Under the pieces are notes generated by a model. That model saw nothing but the letters and a program-made list of their open reading frames with translations, ran no database searches and had not been told where the DNA came from. A program made the translations under genes and the position numbers. This document shows positions 47,277 through 56,834 of a stretch of 64,000 nt of DNA, one piece after another (the stretch's first letter is position 1; every line of letters begins with the position of its first letter). Origin of the DNA: Planctomycetaceae bacterium (GTDB lineage Bacteria; Planctomycetota; Planctomycetia; Pirellulales; UBA1268); NCBI GenBank assembly GCA_046075685.1, contig JBJTQP010000092.1:861-64860 (forward strand). Reading direction: 5' to 3'.

Positions 47277-49466
47277 TCAGTTCGGCGTCCAGATGACCTT
47301 CTTCTCTCCGGCCGGGGCGGCGGCCGATTCGCCGCCCGGCGTCCAGAGCTTGCCCGGAGCGGCGGCGCCCGTGGAAGCCGCGGGAATCCCGCCGCCGGCT
47401 GCCGGCATGCCCGGCCCGCTTCCCGCCGCGCGGCCTGCAAGCGCTGCCAGGTCGATGCCCGCCTCCATCAGCACCTCCGCGAAGGCCTGGATCACCCGCT
47501 GGTCGCGGCCATGCTCCCGGCGGACGCGTTCCAAGAGCCGGACGACGTCGGCCTCGTCCCCGCGCTGCAGCCGCACCCGGAGTTCGGCCACGTCGAGCAT
47601 GCCGTCGCTCGCCTTGAGCGCCTTCGCGAGGCCGCGGAGCTCGGCGATGAGTTCGAGCTTTCGGACACTCGACTCCGCGCGCTCTTCGAGCACGCCGAGG
47701 GCTTCCCAGCGGTCGGCCGGCGTGGCGTCGGGGCGGGCGGCGAGCGCCTCGGCCGCGAGCCCGGCCGCCCGTTCGAACCCCGCATCCTGGGCGGTGACCA
47801 GCACGCCGCGGAGGTCGTCGATCGCGAGCTTCGCCATGTCGAGCCGATGCCACCGCAGCGGCGGCACGCCGTCGTCGAATGGCGCGTGCGATTCGAGCGC
47901 CGGCGGTGCCGGGAGCCCGAGCCGTTCCCGGATCAGCGTCCACGCGGCCGACGTGTCGGGCTGCCGCGCCGTCGCCTCGCCCTCGCTCACCAGCGCCTCC
48001 ACGCGAACCCGTGCGCGAGGATCGCGAAGGGCATCGCGGGGCGTCATGCCCAGCAGTTCGGGAAGGGGCGTCTCGGGCCAGAGCGTCACGAACCGGTCGC
48101 GGGCCGCCTGCCGCTGCTCCTCGAGGAGCCGATCGACCGCCGACGGCTGGCCGGCGGCGGCCGGCACGGGAGCGGGTGGCTGCATGCGAAACTGTGCCGA
48201 CGTCAACCATGTGGTCGGGGTGACCGCCGGCAGCGAGTCGCTCGTCGTCTCGGTGCCGAACGTGCAGCCAAGGGCGGATTCGACGGCCGGCCGGGCCTGC
48301 TCGATGTCCGGGGCAAAGCCCTGGAGCACCACCTCGGGCGCGCGGTCGGTCTGACGACCGAACACCAGGAGCGTGGCGAGGAGCCGTGGCGGCGTGGCGT
48401 CGTCGTACACCCGCCATGCGGACCGCGGCGGCGCGGCGTTTCGCGCCACCCACTGGCCCCGGTCGAAGGCCGCCTGGTCGAAGCGACCGGCGTGCCGCAG
48501 CGCGTCTTCGAGCAGGTCGATCGCCGCGGAGCCCTCCTCTCCCGGCGGCACCTGCAGCGGAGCGCTGCGGCTGGAGAAGCGGATCACGGGCGAGCGATCC
48601 GGGTCGGCCTCGGTCTCGAGGGCGATCGCCCGGCCCATGGCCTCGACGGCGTCGTCGGCCGGGGTACCCGGCAGGCGGGCCACCGCAGCCCACGCCTCGG
48701 CGGCTTCGACCGGCCGGGCGAGCATCTCGCCGAGGACCGCGATGTTGGTGAACACCGCCCGCGACTCACCGGCCACGCCCGTGAGGCTGCGGAACAGCGT
48801 CAGCGCCTTGGCGAGCCGCCAGTGACGGGCGTGCTCCAGGGCTGCGTCGAAGTCGGGCCGCCACGACGCATCCTCCGCCGCGGGCTCGAGCCGCACACGG
48901 GTTCGCAGGGCGGCCGGCACGCCGGACGAGCCGACGATGGTCGCGAGCAGCCTCCGCTCCTCGTCGGTGCCCAGGCCCGCGTCACCGAGCCACTCGACGA
49001 TTCCCTGCGCGAATCCGACGTGCCCCAACTGGGCGGCGGCCTGCACGAGCGTGGCCGCGATCCGCACCAGTTCCGCCGACGCCTCACCTCCAGCCGCCGC
49101 GGCCGCGGCACGGGCCTTGTCGAACGCGGCGGCGGCCTCCTGCACCCTGCCGGCGAGCACGTCGGTGATGGCGGCATGGCCGAGCGCCAGCGGATTCTCG
49201 GGAAACGCGTCGAGAAACGCCCGGCTGCTGGCGGCCGCCTCGGCGTACCGCTTCGTGGAAAGTTCGAGCTTCGTTCGCGTCGCCATCAGGCAGGCCCTGC
49301 CCGGGTGCCGCTCCTCGAGCCGCTTCAACTGGTCCAGTGCGGCCGAGACCTGGTCGCCCTCGATCAGCGTGTCGAGCTGCTCGAGATCGCCCACCAGGTC
49401 GGCGCAGCAAAACTTGATCTTCTTGCCCGTGCCGCCGGGGCAGGGGGCGTAGGTGTCGATCGCCAT
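47277..49466 (-). CDS. SEC-C-like metal-binding motif / TPR-like helical repeat protein
   Basis: ATG at 49466 gives 729 aa. The N-terminus MAIDTYAPCPGGTGKKIKFCC resembles the SEC-C motif CPCGSGKKYKKCC. The rest is Ala-rich and helical. The stop lies 6 nt before the ribD start. Confidence 0.65.
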   Translation of the reverse strand: MAIDTYAPCPGGTGKKIKFCCADLVGDLEQLDTLIEGDQVSAALDQLKRLEERHPGRACLMATRTKLELSTKRYAEAAASSRAFLDAFPENPLALGHAAITDVLAGRVQEAAAAFDKARAAAAAAGGEASAELVRIAATLVQAAAQLGHVGFAQGIVEWLGDAGLGTDEERRLLATIVGSSGVPAALRTRVRLEPAAEDASWRPDFDAALEHARHWRLAKALTLFRSLTGVAGESRAVFTNIAVLGEMLARPVEAAEAWAAVARLPGTPADDAVEAMGRAIALETEADPDRSPVIRFSSRSAPLQVPPGEEGSAAIDLLEDALRHAGRFDQAAFDRGQWVARNAAPPRSAWRVYDDATPPRLLATLLVFGRQTDRAPEVVLQGFAPDIEQARPAVESALGCTFGTETTSDSLPAVTPTTWLTSAQFRMQPPAPVPAAAGQPSAVDRLLEEQRQAARDRFVTLWPETPLPELLGMTPRDALRDPRARVRVEALVSEGEATARQPDTSAAWTLIRERLGLPAPPALESHAPFDDGVPPLRWHRLDMAKLAIDDLRGVLVTAQDAGFERAAGLAAEALAARPDATPADRWEALGVLEERAESSVRKLELIAELRGLAKALKASDGMLDVAELRVRLQRGDEADVVRLLERVRREHGRDQRVIQAFAEVLMEAGIDLAALAGRAAGSGPGMPAAGGGIPAASTGAAAPGKLWTPGGESAAAPAGEKKVIWTPN

Positions 49467-49579
49467 GCTGGCAGTGGCTCCACGAGTCCGCGGATGAAAG
49501 GCACGTCGAACGTGGTCGAATGTACCAGAGGCGCGCGCGGGCGGAAGCCGCGGGGCCGGTTGCCCCGCGCGGAGGTGGG

Positions 49580-51034
49580 ATGCATACTTTGCCAAGCAGG
49601 CGCACGGTTGGCGGCCGGTTGTGCCCGAGGCTCGGTGTCGTGCAGCAGCCCCGCATCATCATCGTCGATTCCGCCGGCGCCGCGGCCCTGCCCTACGCGC
49701 GGCTCGTGGCCCGCCTGCAGCCGCTCGAGGTCCGCGTCGAGACGTCGCTCGACGCCGCGCTCGGGACGCTCGGCCGCGACTCGTGGGATCTCGGCGTGGT
49801 GACGGCCCGCGCGGGCCCGACGGCCGACGTGCTCCACGCGGCCGTGCGGAAGGGCGACCCGCAGCTGCCGATGGTGGTGATCGACCCGAAGCCGAGCGTC
49901 GATACCGCCCGCGCCTGCCTGCAGGGGGGCGCCGGCGACTACCTCGACATCGCCCGGGTGGAGACCGACCTCGAGGACGCGCTCGAGCGGCTGCTGCTGT
50001 CGTCGCGGCGGCGGGCCCAGGAGGAGGTGCTCCGCCGCGCGGTCGAGCGGCCGTATTCGTTCGCCGAGTTTCTCGGCGAGAGCCAGGCCATGCGGCAGGT
50101 CTACTCGGTGATCGACCGGGTGGCCACCAGTTCGGTCGACGTGCTCACGACGGGCGAGACGGGAACCGGCAAGGAGCTCGTGGCCCGGGCGATCCACTCG
50201 CGGAGCCGGCGTGCCGAGGGGCCGTTCGTGCCCGTCGACTGCGGGGCCATCCCCGACGCGCTCATCGAGAGCGAGCTCTTCGGGCACGAGCGGGGAGCCT
50301 TCACCGGCGCCGACGCCCGCCGGATGGGGCTCGTCGAGTTCGCCGACGGCGGCACTCTGTTTCTCGACGAGGTCGGCGAATTGCCGCTGCCGCTGCAGGC
50401 GAAGCTGCTGCGGGTGCTGCAGGAGCGGCGGGTTCGTCGCGTGGGCGCGCGGCAGGAGAATCCCGTCGACGTCCGCGTGGTCGCCGCGACGTCCCGCGAC
50501 ATCGATCAGATGGTGCAGCGGGGTGAGTTTCGCCGCGATCTCTTCTATCGGATCAACGTGGTCCGGATCGACCTGCCGCCGCTCCGCACGCGGGGCGACG
50601 ACATCGGCCTCCTCGCCGAGCACTTCGCCAACCGGGCGGCGGCCGAGATGGGGCGGACCGTCGGCGGGCTCTCGACCGACGTCTACCAGGTGCTCAAGGG
50701 CTACCACTGGCCGGGCAACGTCCGCGAACTGCAGAACGTGGTGCGGCGGGCGATCGCCATGACCCGGTCGCCGACGGCGGGGATCGACGATCTGCCCGAC
50801 GAGGTGGTTTCGGCCGCGGGTCGGGCCGTGGGCGCTGAAGCGGGGGCGGTCGGTTTCTTCGCGCAGCGGGCGGAGCACGTGGCCCGGTTTGAGAAGCAGT
50901 TTCTGACCGACCTGCTCGCCCGCCACCTCGGCGACGTGTCGGCCGCCGCCCGCGAGGCGCGGCTGCCCCGGGGCACGCTCTACCGGCTGATGAAGGGGCA
51001 CGGCCTCGACGGCGGGCAGTTTCGCAAGCCGTAG
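49580..51034 (+). CDS. Sigma-54-dependent transcriptional activator (NtrC/Fis family) with a degenerate receiver domain
   Basis: GGAGG lies upstream of the ATG at 49580. AAA+ motifs TGETGTGKE, ESELFGHERGAFTGA (GAFTGA) and LFLDEV are present, with a C-terminal Fis HTH AAREARLPRGTLYRLMKGHGL. The N-terminal REC-like region lacks the canonical acidic pocket and phospho-Asp. Confidence 0.88.
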   Translation: MHTLPSRRTVGGRLCPRLGVVQQPRIIIVDSAGAAALPYARLVARLQPLEVRVETSLDAALGTLGRDSWDLGVVTARAGPTADVLHAAVRKGDPQLPMVVIDPKPSVDTARACLQGGAGDYLDIARVETDLEDALERLLLSSRRRAQEEVLRRAVERPYSFAEFLGESQAMRQVYSVIDRVATSSVDVLTTGETGTGKELVARAIHSRSRRAEGPFVPVDCGAIPDALIESELFGHERGAFTGADARRMGLVEFADGGTLFLDEVGELPLPLQAKLLRVLQERRVRRVGARQENPVDVRVVAATSRDIDQMVQRGEFRRDLFYRINVVRIDLPPLRTRGDDIGLLAEHFANRAAAEMGRTVGGLSTDVYQVLKGYHWPGNVRELQNVVRRAIAMTRSPTAGIDDLPDEVVSAAGRAVGAEAGAVGFFAQRAEHVARFEKQFLTDLLARHLGDVSAAAREARLPRGTLYRLMKGHGLDGGQFRKP

Positions 51035-51093
51035 CCGGCGGTGACGACGGGCTCGCTGACCGCGGGGGGGCGAAGCCGCGAGCCGGCCGGAGA

Positions 51094-52509
51094 TCATCCC
51101 TTGCGGCCGCGGTCCCACGTGCGGCCCGCCTTGTACCGGGTGGCCCGCTCCACGAGTTCCTCGTTTTTCGTGGTCCGCAGCACCTTGTCGAGGGCCGCGG
51201 TGAACTCCTGCTTGTGCGCATCGCGGAGTTTCTGGTGGTGGGCCAGCTCGACGATGCTGGCGCAGGCCGGCTCCGCGAGCGCGGGATCGTCGAGGAAGGG
51301 CACCACGAACCGAAACGTCTCGATCGTGCGGATGGCGTTGGCCCGCTCCAGCACCCGGGCCTTGTCCGCCGTCCGCTGGCAGAGGCCCATCGTCCGCTTG
51401 AGGAGTTCGAGCTTCTCGCCGTCGTTGAGCTTGTTGTCGGGCAGCGGCGCGATGCGGATCAGCGTGCCGAGCAGAAGGTCCCTCTCCTCGGGGTTGTTCG
51501 TCGTGCCGACGAGATCGAGGAGGCGATCCTTCACGGTGGCGTCGGGCCACTTCGACAGGGCGTCGAGCCCGCGCGGCCGCTGAGCCGGATCGGCGAGCAT
51601 CGCCTCGACGATCGCCATCACCTGCGGACCGCCGACGCGGGCGAGCGCGGGGAGCAGCGTGGCCCGGGCCGCCTCGTCGGCCGCCTCGTAACCCGCCACG
51701 GCCGCGGTGGTGGCCCGCGTGGCGTCCAATCCAGTCGTGCAGGCGGCCGCGATGGCCAGTTCGGCGGCCTTGCGGTCGTCGCCCGTCGCCATCAAAAGCG
51801 AGTTCATCATCGCCGGGATCTCCGCCGCGCCGCCGAACCGCGCGAGCGCCTTCATGGCCGCCCGCCTCACCGCCGCGTCGTCGTCCACTGCGGCGGCGGC
51901 GAGCAGCGGCAGCGACTGCCGATCCCGCCGCTCGGCAAGAATGTCGATCACAGCCGGACGGGCGGCGACAGGCGCCTGCGCCGCCGCGGTGCGGATGGCC
52001 TCGGCTGCCGCCGGACCGGCGATCTCCATGAGCCCGCGGCTGGCCGCATCGCGCTGCGGCCCGTCGGCCGCCAGCGCCGCGACCAGGCTGGCGACATCCG
52101 CCGGCCCGCCGAGCCGGCCGAGCACGGCGAGGGCCGCGGCCCGGACGCGAGGCTCCCGAGTTGCCGCGAGCACCCTGCTCGCCGCGGGCACGGCCTCGGC
52201 ATCGCCCCTGTCGGCCAGCGCGAGCAGAACAGCCGCCTGCAGGTCCGACGCGAGCGTCGGCAGTCGCTCGGCGATGAGCCGCGTGAACCATGCACCGTCG
52301 AGGCCGTGGCGGATCCTGTCGAGCGCGACACGCTGCAGGTCGACGTCGCCGGACGACAGCAACGTGAGCACCTCGTCGCCCGCCTGTCGAGCGGTGGCCG
52401 AGGGTGTCTCGGCGGCCTGGAGACGAACCGCAACGGCAAGGAGCAGCAGGCATGCCGCTACGGCGATGGCATCCGGGCGGCGGCGCAGACGGATTCGGGG
52501 CGACGTCAT
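51094..52509 (-). CDS. HEAT-repeat protein, secreted
   Basis: The ATG at 52509 gives signal peptide MTSPRIRLRRRPDAIAVAACLLLLAVAVRLQA. Repeated ...VRAAALAVLGRLGGP..., ...VRRAAMKALARFGG... HEAT/PBS-lyase-type repeats are present. Confidence 0.7.
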   Translation of the reverse strand: MTSPRIRLRRRPDAIAVAACLLLLAVAVRLQAAETPSATARQAGDEVLTLLSSGDVDLQRVALDRIRHGLDGAWFTRLIAERLPTLASDLQAAVLLALADRGDAEAVPAASRVLAATREPRVRAAALAVLGRLGGPADVASLVAALAADGPQRDAASRGLMEIAGPAAAEAIRTAAAQAPVAARPAVIDILAERRDRQSLPLLAAAAVDDDAAVRRAAMKALARFGGAAEIPAMMNSLLMATGDDRKAAELAIAAACTTGLDATRATTAAVAGYEAADEAARATLLPALARVGGPQVMAIVEAMLADPAQRPRGLDALSKWPDATVKDRLLDLVGTTNNPEERDLLLGTLIRIAPLPDNKLNDGEKLELLKRTMGLCQRTADKARVLERANAIRTIETFRFVVPFLDDPALAEPACASIVELAHHQKLRDAHKQEFTAALDKVLRTTKNEELVERATRYKAGRTWDRGRKG

Positions 52510-52553
52510 GGCGATGGCTCTGGGGGGACGTTGGGGATCGTGCGGGCGGGCGG

Positions 52554-53300
52554 TCAGGATGCGACGGTGTCGTCGAGGCAGGCGAGCAGGCCGCTTCGCG
52601 CCGCCACCCGCACGGCCCGCTGCCGGTGCGTGCGCGGCACGTCTCCGACCTGCGTGGCGATCGCTGCATAGATCGGCTTGGCGGCCGTCCTTTCGCCGGC
52701 CGCCAGAAACGCGTCGGCGCACGCCAGGCGGGCATCGACGACGGCTTCGGTGGCGGGGCCCGGCGTCGGCTTCGCGGCCGCCAGCGCCGCCGCGGCCTCC
52801 GGCGTGGCGATGCGGCCGAGGGCAGCCGCGGCAGCGGCCGCCACTCCCGGTCCGCCTGCCAGCAGCGGCGCGAGCGTGGCCACGCTCGCCGCGTCGCGGC
52901 GGTTGGCGAGCGACGACAGCATGCCGATCACGAGGTCGCCGCGAACCGTGCCCACCGCCTCCCGCAGGGCGTCGGCCGCCTCCACCGCCGGGATGCGCTC
53001 CAGCGCGTAGCGGGCCATGTGCGAGTCGGCCGGATCGGCAAGCAGTGGGGCGAGAACCGGCACCGCTGCCGCCGTGCCGATCAGGGCAAGCCTGCGGCAG
53101 GCGTATTCCTTCGCCGCTCGCGAGGCACTGCCACCGACCACATCCAGGAGCCGCCGTTCGATCGCGGCGGTCAGGGCTGCGTCGCCGTGACGCTCCACGA
53201 TGGCGGCATCGATCTTCGCCAACGCTGCGGCGTCACCGCCCCAGTCGAAGGCCACGAGCGCCTGGAACTCGTCGTCGAGCGGTACTCGGTCGAAGGCCAT
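52554..53300 (-). CDS. HEAT-repeat protein
   Basis: AAGGAG lies upstream of the ATG at 53300; 248 aa. It is Ala/Leu-rich with repeats of the type ACRRLALIGTAAAVPVLAPLLADP... and AAAALGRIATPEAAAAL. The start lies 13 nt downstream of the oxidoreductase stop. Confidence 0.65.
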   Translation of the reverse strand: MAFDRVPLDDEFQALVAFDWGGDAAALAKIDAAIVERHGDAALTAAIERRLLDVVGGSASRAAKEYACRRLALIGTAAAVPVLAPLLADPADSHMARYALERIPAVEAADALREAVGTVRGDLVIGMLSSLANRRDAASVATLAPLLAGGPGVAAAAAAALGRIATPEAAAALAAAKPTPGPATEAVVDARLACADAFLAAGERTAAKPIYAAIATQVGDVPRTHRQRAVRVAARSGLLACLDDTVAS

Positions 53301-53313
53301 GGGCAATGCTCCT

Positions 53314-54594
53314 TCAGAGGGTCCAGGGTTCGCGGCGAGCGCGATCGAGCAGGCGGTTTGCCTCCTCGTCGGCCACGAACCGCTGTGCGCCACGATCCCA
53401 CTCGAGCGACCGCTCGAGTCGTCGGGCCAGGCCGATCAGGTGCGGGGCCGTCATCGTGTTGATCGCCGGCTCGAGGTCGCGGAAGGGCCGTTGCCGCGTC
53501 TTCACGCACTCGATGAAGTCGCCATAGATGCCGCCGCTGCCCCGGTAGGCCGGCACGGCCCGTGGCGGCACGGGCGAACCATCGCCACGGATCGTGATCC
53601 CCCGGGCATGCGTGAGCGCCGCCGTGGCGGTCTGGGGCCGCAGCTGCTTGGGGCGATTGCAATGGAGTTCGACGCCGTTCGGGTAGACCAGCGTGGCGTA
53701 CGGAGCGGGCGTGCCGGCGGCCGAGTCGGTCTGCCAGAGCACCTTCGTCGGCTGCAGGTCGAGGAGCCCGGCCGCGAAGATCGCGCCGCCGAAGTTGTGG
53801 GCTCCCCAGTCGGTCAGGCTGCCGCCGGAGTAGTCGATGTACGACCGCCAGCTGTTGCCCGCAGTCCCGAAGTTGCCGTCGCAGCGGCCGGGGTTGTAGG
53901 GCTCCCAGGGAGCGGGGCCGAGCCAGAGGTCCCACTCGATGTCGGGCGGTGCGGCGACGGCGGGCAGGTAGCAGGGCATCGACGAGACGCCGGCGTCGAT
54001 GTCGATGGAGCCGATCCGCCCGAGTTCGCCGGCCCAGGCCGGATCGACGATCTCGCGGTAGTCCTCCAGCACCCGTTGGCTGCCGCCTGAGACGACACGT
54101 CCGTAGCGACGGGCGGCCTGGATCATCAGCGGACCCTCGCGGAGCGTGAGCGTCTCCGGCTTCTGCAGGTAGACGTCCTTGCCGGCACGGCAGGCGGCGA
54201 TCAGCATCAGCGCGTGCCAGTGGTCGGGCGTGGCGATGTGGACGGCGTCGATGTCGTCGCGGTCGAGCACCTCCCGGAAATCCACGTGGGCGGTGCAGTC
54301 GCGGGAGTCGGAGGCCTCGTGCACGCGGGCCTGGGCATCTTCGCGCCACTTCCTGCGAACGTCGCAGACGGCCACGTACTGCACGTCGGGCCGGCCGAGG
54401 AAGGCCCGTTGGTCGAGCGACCCCATGTTGCCCAGGCCGATGCCCCCCATCACGATCCGGTCGCTCGCCGGCGGCGTGGTGGCGTCGCCGAGTGCCTTCG
54501 ACGTGATCACGTAGGGGGCGGCACAGGTCGCGGCCGCGGCGCAGGCCGATGCCGTGAGAAACTCGCGCCGCGTGGCTGAAGCCTGCGGGGCCAT
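53314..54594 (-). CDS. Gfo/Idh/MocA family oxidoreductase with Tat signal
   Basis: MAPQASATRREFLTASACAAAATCAAP is a twin-arginine signal. GGIGLGNMG forms the Rossmann motif, and VAVCDV and IATPDHWHALMLIAACRAGKDVYLQKP are present. Confidence 0.88.
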   Translation of the reverse strand: MAPQASATRREFLTASACAAAATCAAPYVITSKALGDATTPPASDRIVMGGIGLGNMGSLDQRAFLGRPDVQYVAVCDVRRKWREDAQARVHEASDSRDCTAHVDFREVLDRDDIDAVHIATPDHWHALMLIAACRAGKDVYLQKPETLTLREGPLMIQAARRYGRVVSGGSQRVLEDYREIVDPAWAGELGRIGSIDIDAGVSSMPCYLPAVAAPPDIEWDLWLGPAPWEPYNPGRCDGNFGTAGNSWRSYIDYSGGSLTDWGAHNFGGAIFAAGLLDLQPTKVLWQTDSAAGTPAPYATLVYPNGVELHCNRPKQLRPQTATAALTHARGITIRGDGSPVPPRAVPAYRGSGGIYGDFIECVKTRQRPFRDLEPAINTMTAPHLIGLARRLERSLEWDRGAQRFVADEEANRLLDRARREPWTL

Positions 54595-54691
54595 GATTGC
54601 ACTCCTCGAGTCACGTACGAGCATCCGGCTGAGGATCGTATCGCGTGGCCTGTCAGCCCACAATCGTCCGGAAGGGTGAATCCCGCCGGTT

Positions 54692-56698
54692 TCACGATGC
54701 GTCGAGCGGCCGGATCCAGACGTTTCGATACCGCACCGGGCTGCCGTGATCCTGGAGGAACAGCGGCCCCTCGCCGGTGGCCTTGAGCCGCTTCTCGATC
54801 GCCCGCAGGTGGTCGGTGACGCCGTGCCGATACGGGACGTAGGGCGACCTCGGCTCGGTGAACTCGATGCCGTCCTGGACCAGCCGGCCGTTGAGCCAGG
54901 CCGTGATCCTTCCGGGCTTCGTGATCCGGCCGTCCGGGCCGCGGCGCGGCGCGATGAACCGGACGTCGTACACCTGCCACTCGCCCGCCGGCCGCGCGGC
55001 GTTCACCAGCGGCTTGCCGAAGCGATAGAGCGCACCCTCGTCCTGGTCGGTTGGCGGCTCGACGCCGAAGGAGTCGAAGATCTGCATCTCGTAGTGCCCG
55101 TGGATGTAGAGGCCGCTGTTGCCCTGCGCCCGGGGCGTGGTCACGAACTCCGCGTGGATGTCGGCGTCGCGGAACACCGGGATCGAGACGGCGTGGTTGG
55201 CGTGCCCCTTCGACGTCCGCATGACGAGCGTGCCGTCCTCGACCTGCCAGTCGAGCGGTCCACCTGCCATGTTCGTGAACTGCGGGCCGCCCGGCTCGGT
55301 GCCGTCGCCGAAGAGGACGATCGCATGCGCAGGCGGCGGCACGGGAAGCGGTTCCTGCACCGGGCGGAAGGCCGCGTCGGCGCCGGCCCGCGGTGCGGGG
55401 GCGGCGGCCCGCAGCCTGCGGTCGGCAAGGTCGGCGAACCGCAGCCAATCCTCCTCCAGCAGGTCGTGCTTGCCGCTGCGGACGTGGTAGCCGATCGTCT
55501 TCCCGATGGGAGTGTCGACGGGCGGCCAGTCGGCCGTGCCGAGCCCCTCGAGCCCGAAGAGTGCCCAGACCGGCTCCGCGGCGACCGCTGCCAGGAACTC
55601 GCCCCGCGGGTCGGCCCAGCGGTCGTCGACGGCGCTGGCCACGTAGAGCGGCCGGGGCGCGGCCATCGCCAGCGTCACGTGGGCGTCGACGGGCAGGTCG
55701 GTCTCACGGTCGGCGTACGTGCGAAACGCCGGGCAGAACCAGTGCGGAAACCGCCTCGTGATCGCCTCCACGGTCTCGCCGTAGTTCCGCCGCTCGAGCG
55801 CCGCCCCGCCGCAGCCCGATTCGTTGGAGATCACCATGGCGAACCGCTCGTCGCAGGCGCCGGCCCAGACGGCCGCCTTGCCGTTCCGGGAGTGGCCCAC
55901 GACGATCACCTTCGTGGCGTCGACCTCGGGCAGCGTGACGAGCCAGTCGAGGATCCGCGAGAGCTGCCAGGCCCAGGTACCGATTGCGCCGGGCTCGTCG
56001 GGAGGCAGGTCGCCCTCGACCGGGCGGCCGAGCGCGGCCAGCACGCTCGCCGCGCGGCCGTCGGCGCGGTCGGGAAACACGTCGCCGTAGCAGGCGGTGG
56101 CCACACCGTAGCCGCGGCCGAGGAGCTGCTCCACCGGCCAGCGGCGGGAATGCGCCGCCCGCGAGGCCTCGGTCGCCTGGTGGTCGACGATGCCGTTCTT
56201 CGGGTCGTCGGGCAGCCAGGCCGCGCAGAGGCGGATGCCCGGGTCGGGATGCTCCGCCTGGTTCCCCTTGAAGTTGAGGTGCAGGAAGACGGGCACGGGC
56301 TGCTCAGCCTGCGGCAGGTAGAGGAGCACGTCGGTCGTGGATGCATTCGGGGCATCGCCCAGCCGCAACCGCGCCTGGAGCCGGGTGGCCTTGGTCCCAT
56401 CGGCGAGCGCGGCCTCCGCGCGAGCGACGTCACCTGCGACGCTCACGGGCACCGCCGGCAGGCGGCGGCCGTAGACGTGCTGCTCCAGCAGCGCGAACTG
56501 GTGCGGCCGCGACCTCGTCCGCCACTCCTCCGGGTTCGTCGCGGGCCGGCCGTCGGGGCCGGCGAGCACGTCAGGAAGCGTGTAGGGGCGAACCGCCCCC
56601 TCGTCGTAGTTCGCCTGCTCGGCGGCTTCGGGCGCGTCGCCAGCCATCGCGATCAATCCCCAGAGCAGCGCGGCCGCGTACCGTCGTCGACCGGTCAT
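54692..56698 (-). CDS. Fusion: CE15 glucuronoyl esterase-like domain + C-terminal DUF1080 domain
   Basis: ATG at 56698 with a signal peptide. VVGHSRNGKAAVWAGACDERFAMVISNESGCGGAA matches the CE15 G-x-S-R-x-G-K motif. The C-terminal ~210 aa (LDWQVEDGTLVM...NSGLYIHGHYEMQIFDS...LFLQDHGSPVRYRNVWIRPL) form a DUF1080 domain. Confidence 0.85.
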   Translation of the reverse strand: MTGRRRYAAALLWGLIAMAGDAPEAAEQANYDEGAVRPYTLPDVLAGPDGRPATNPEEWRTRSRPHQFALLEQHVYGRRLPAVPVSVAGDVARAEAALADGTKATRLQARLRLGDAPNASTTDVLLYLPQAEQPVPVFLHLNFKGNQAEHPDPGIRLCAAWLPDDPKNGIVDHQATEASRAAHSRRWPVEQLLGRGYGVATACYGDVFPDRADGRAASVLAALGRPVEGDLPPDEPGAIGTWAWQLSRILDWLVTLPEVDATKVIVVGHSRNGKAAVWAGACDERFAMVISNESGCGGAALERRNYGETVEAITRRFPHWFCPAFRTYADRETDLPVDAHVTLAMAAPRPLYVASAVDDRWADPRGEFLAAVAAEPVWALFGLEGLGTADWPPVDTPIGKTIGYHVRSGKHDLLEEDWLRFADLADRRLRAAAPAPRAGADAAFRPVQEPLPVPPPAHAIVLFGDGTEPGGPQFTNMAGGPLDWQVEDGTLVMRTSKGHANHAVSIPVFRDADIHAEFVTTPRAQGNSGLYIHGHYEMQIFDSFGVEPPTDQDEGALYRFGKPLVNAARPAGEWQVYDVRFIAPRRGPDGRITKPGRITAWLNGRLVQDGIEFTEPRSPYVPYRHGVTDHLRAIEKRLKATGEGPLFLQDHGSPVRYRNVWIRPLDAS

Positions 56699-56834
56699 GA
56701 TGCCTCCCCGCCGTGCCTCGGCCCGGCCCTCCCTGAGGAGATGCCTCTTGTCCTCCGCGCCGGCCTCGTGGCTCAGCACCACGCCCGCCGCGGGAGGTGA
56801 GCGTATCATCCTCCCGAAACAGGAGCGGGCGGCC

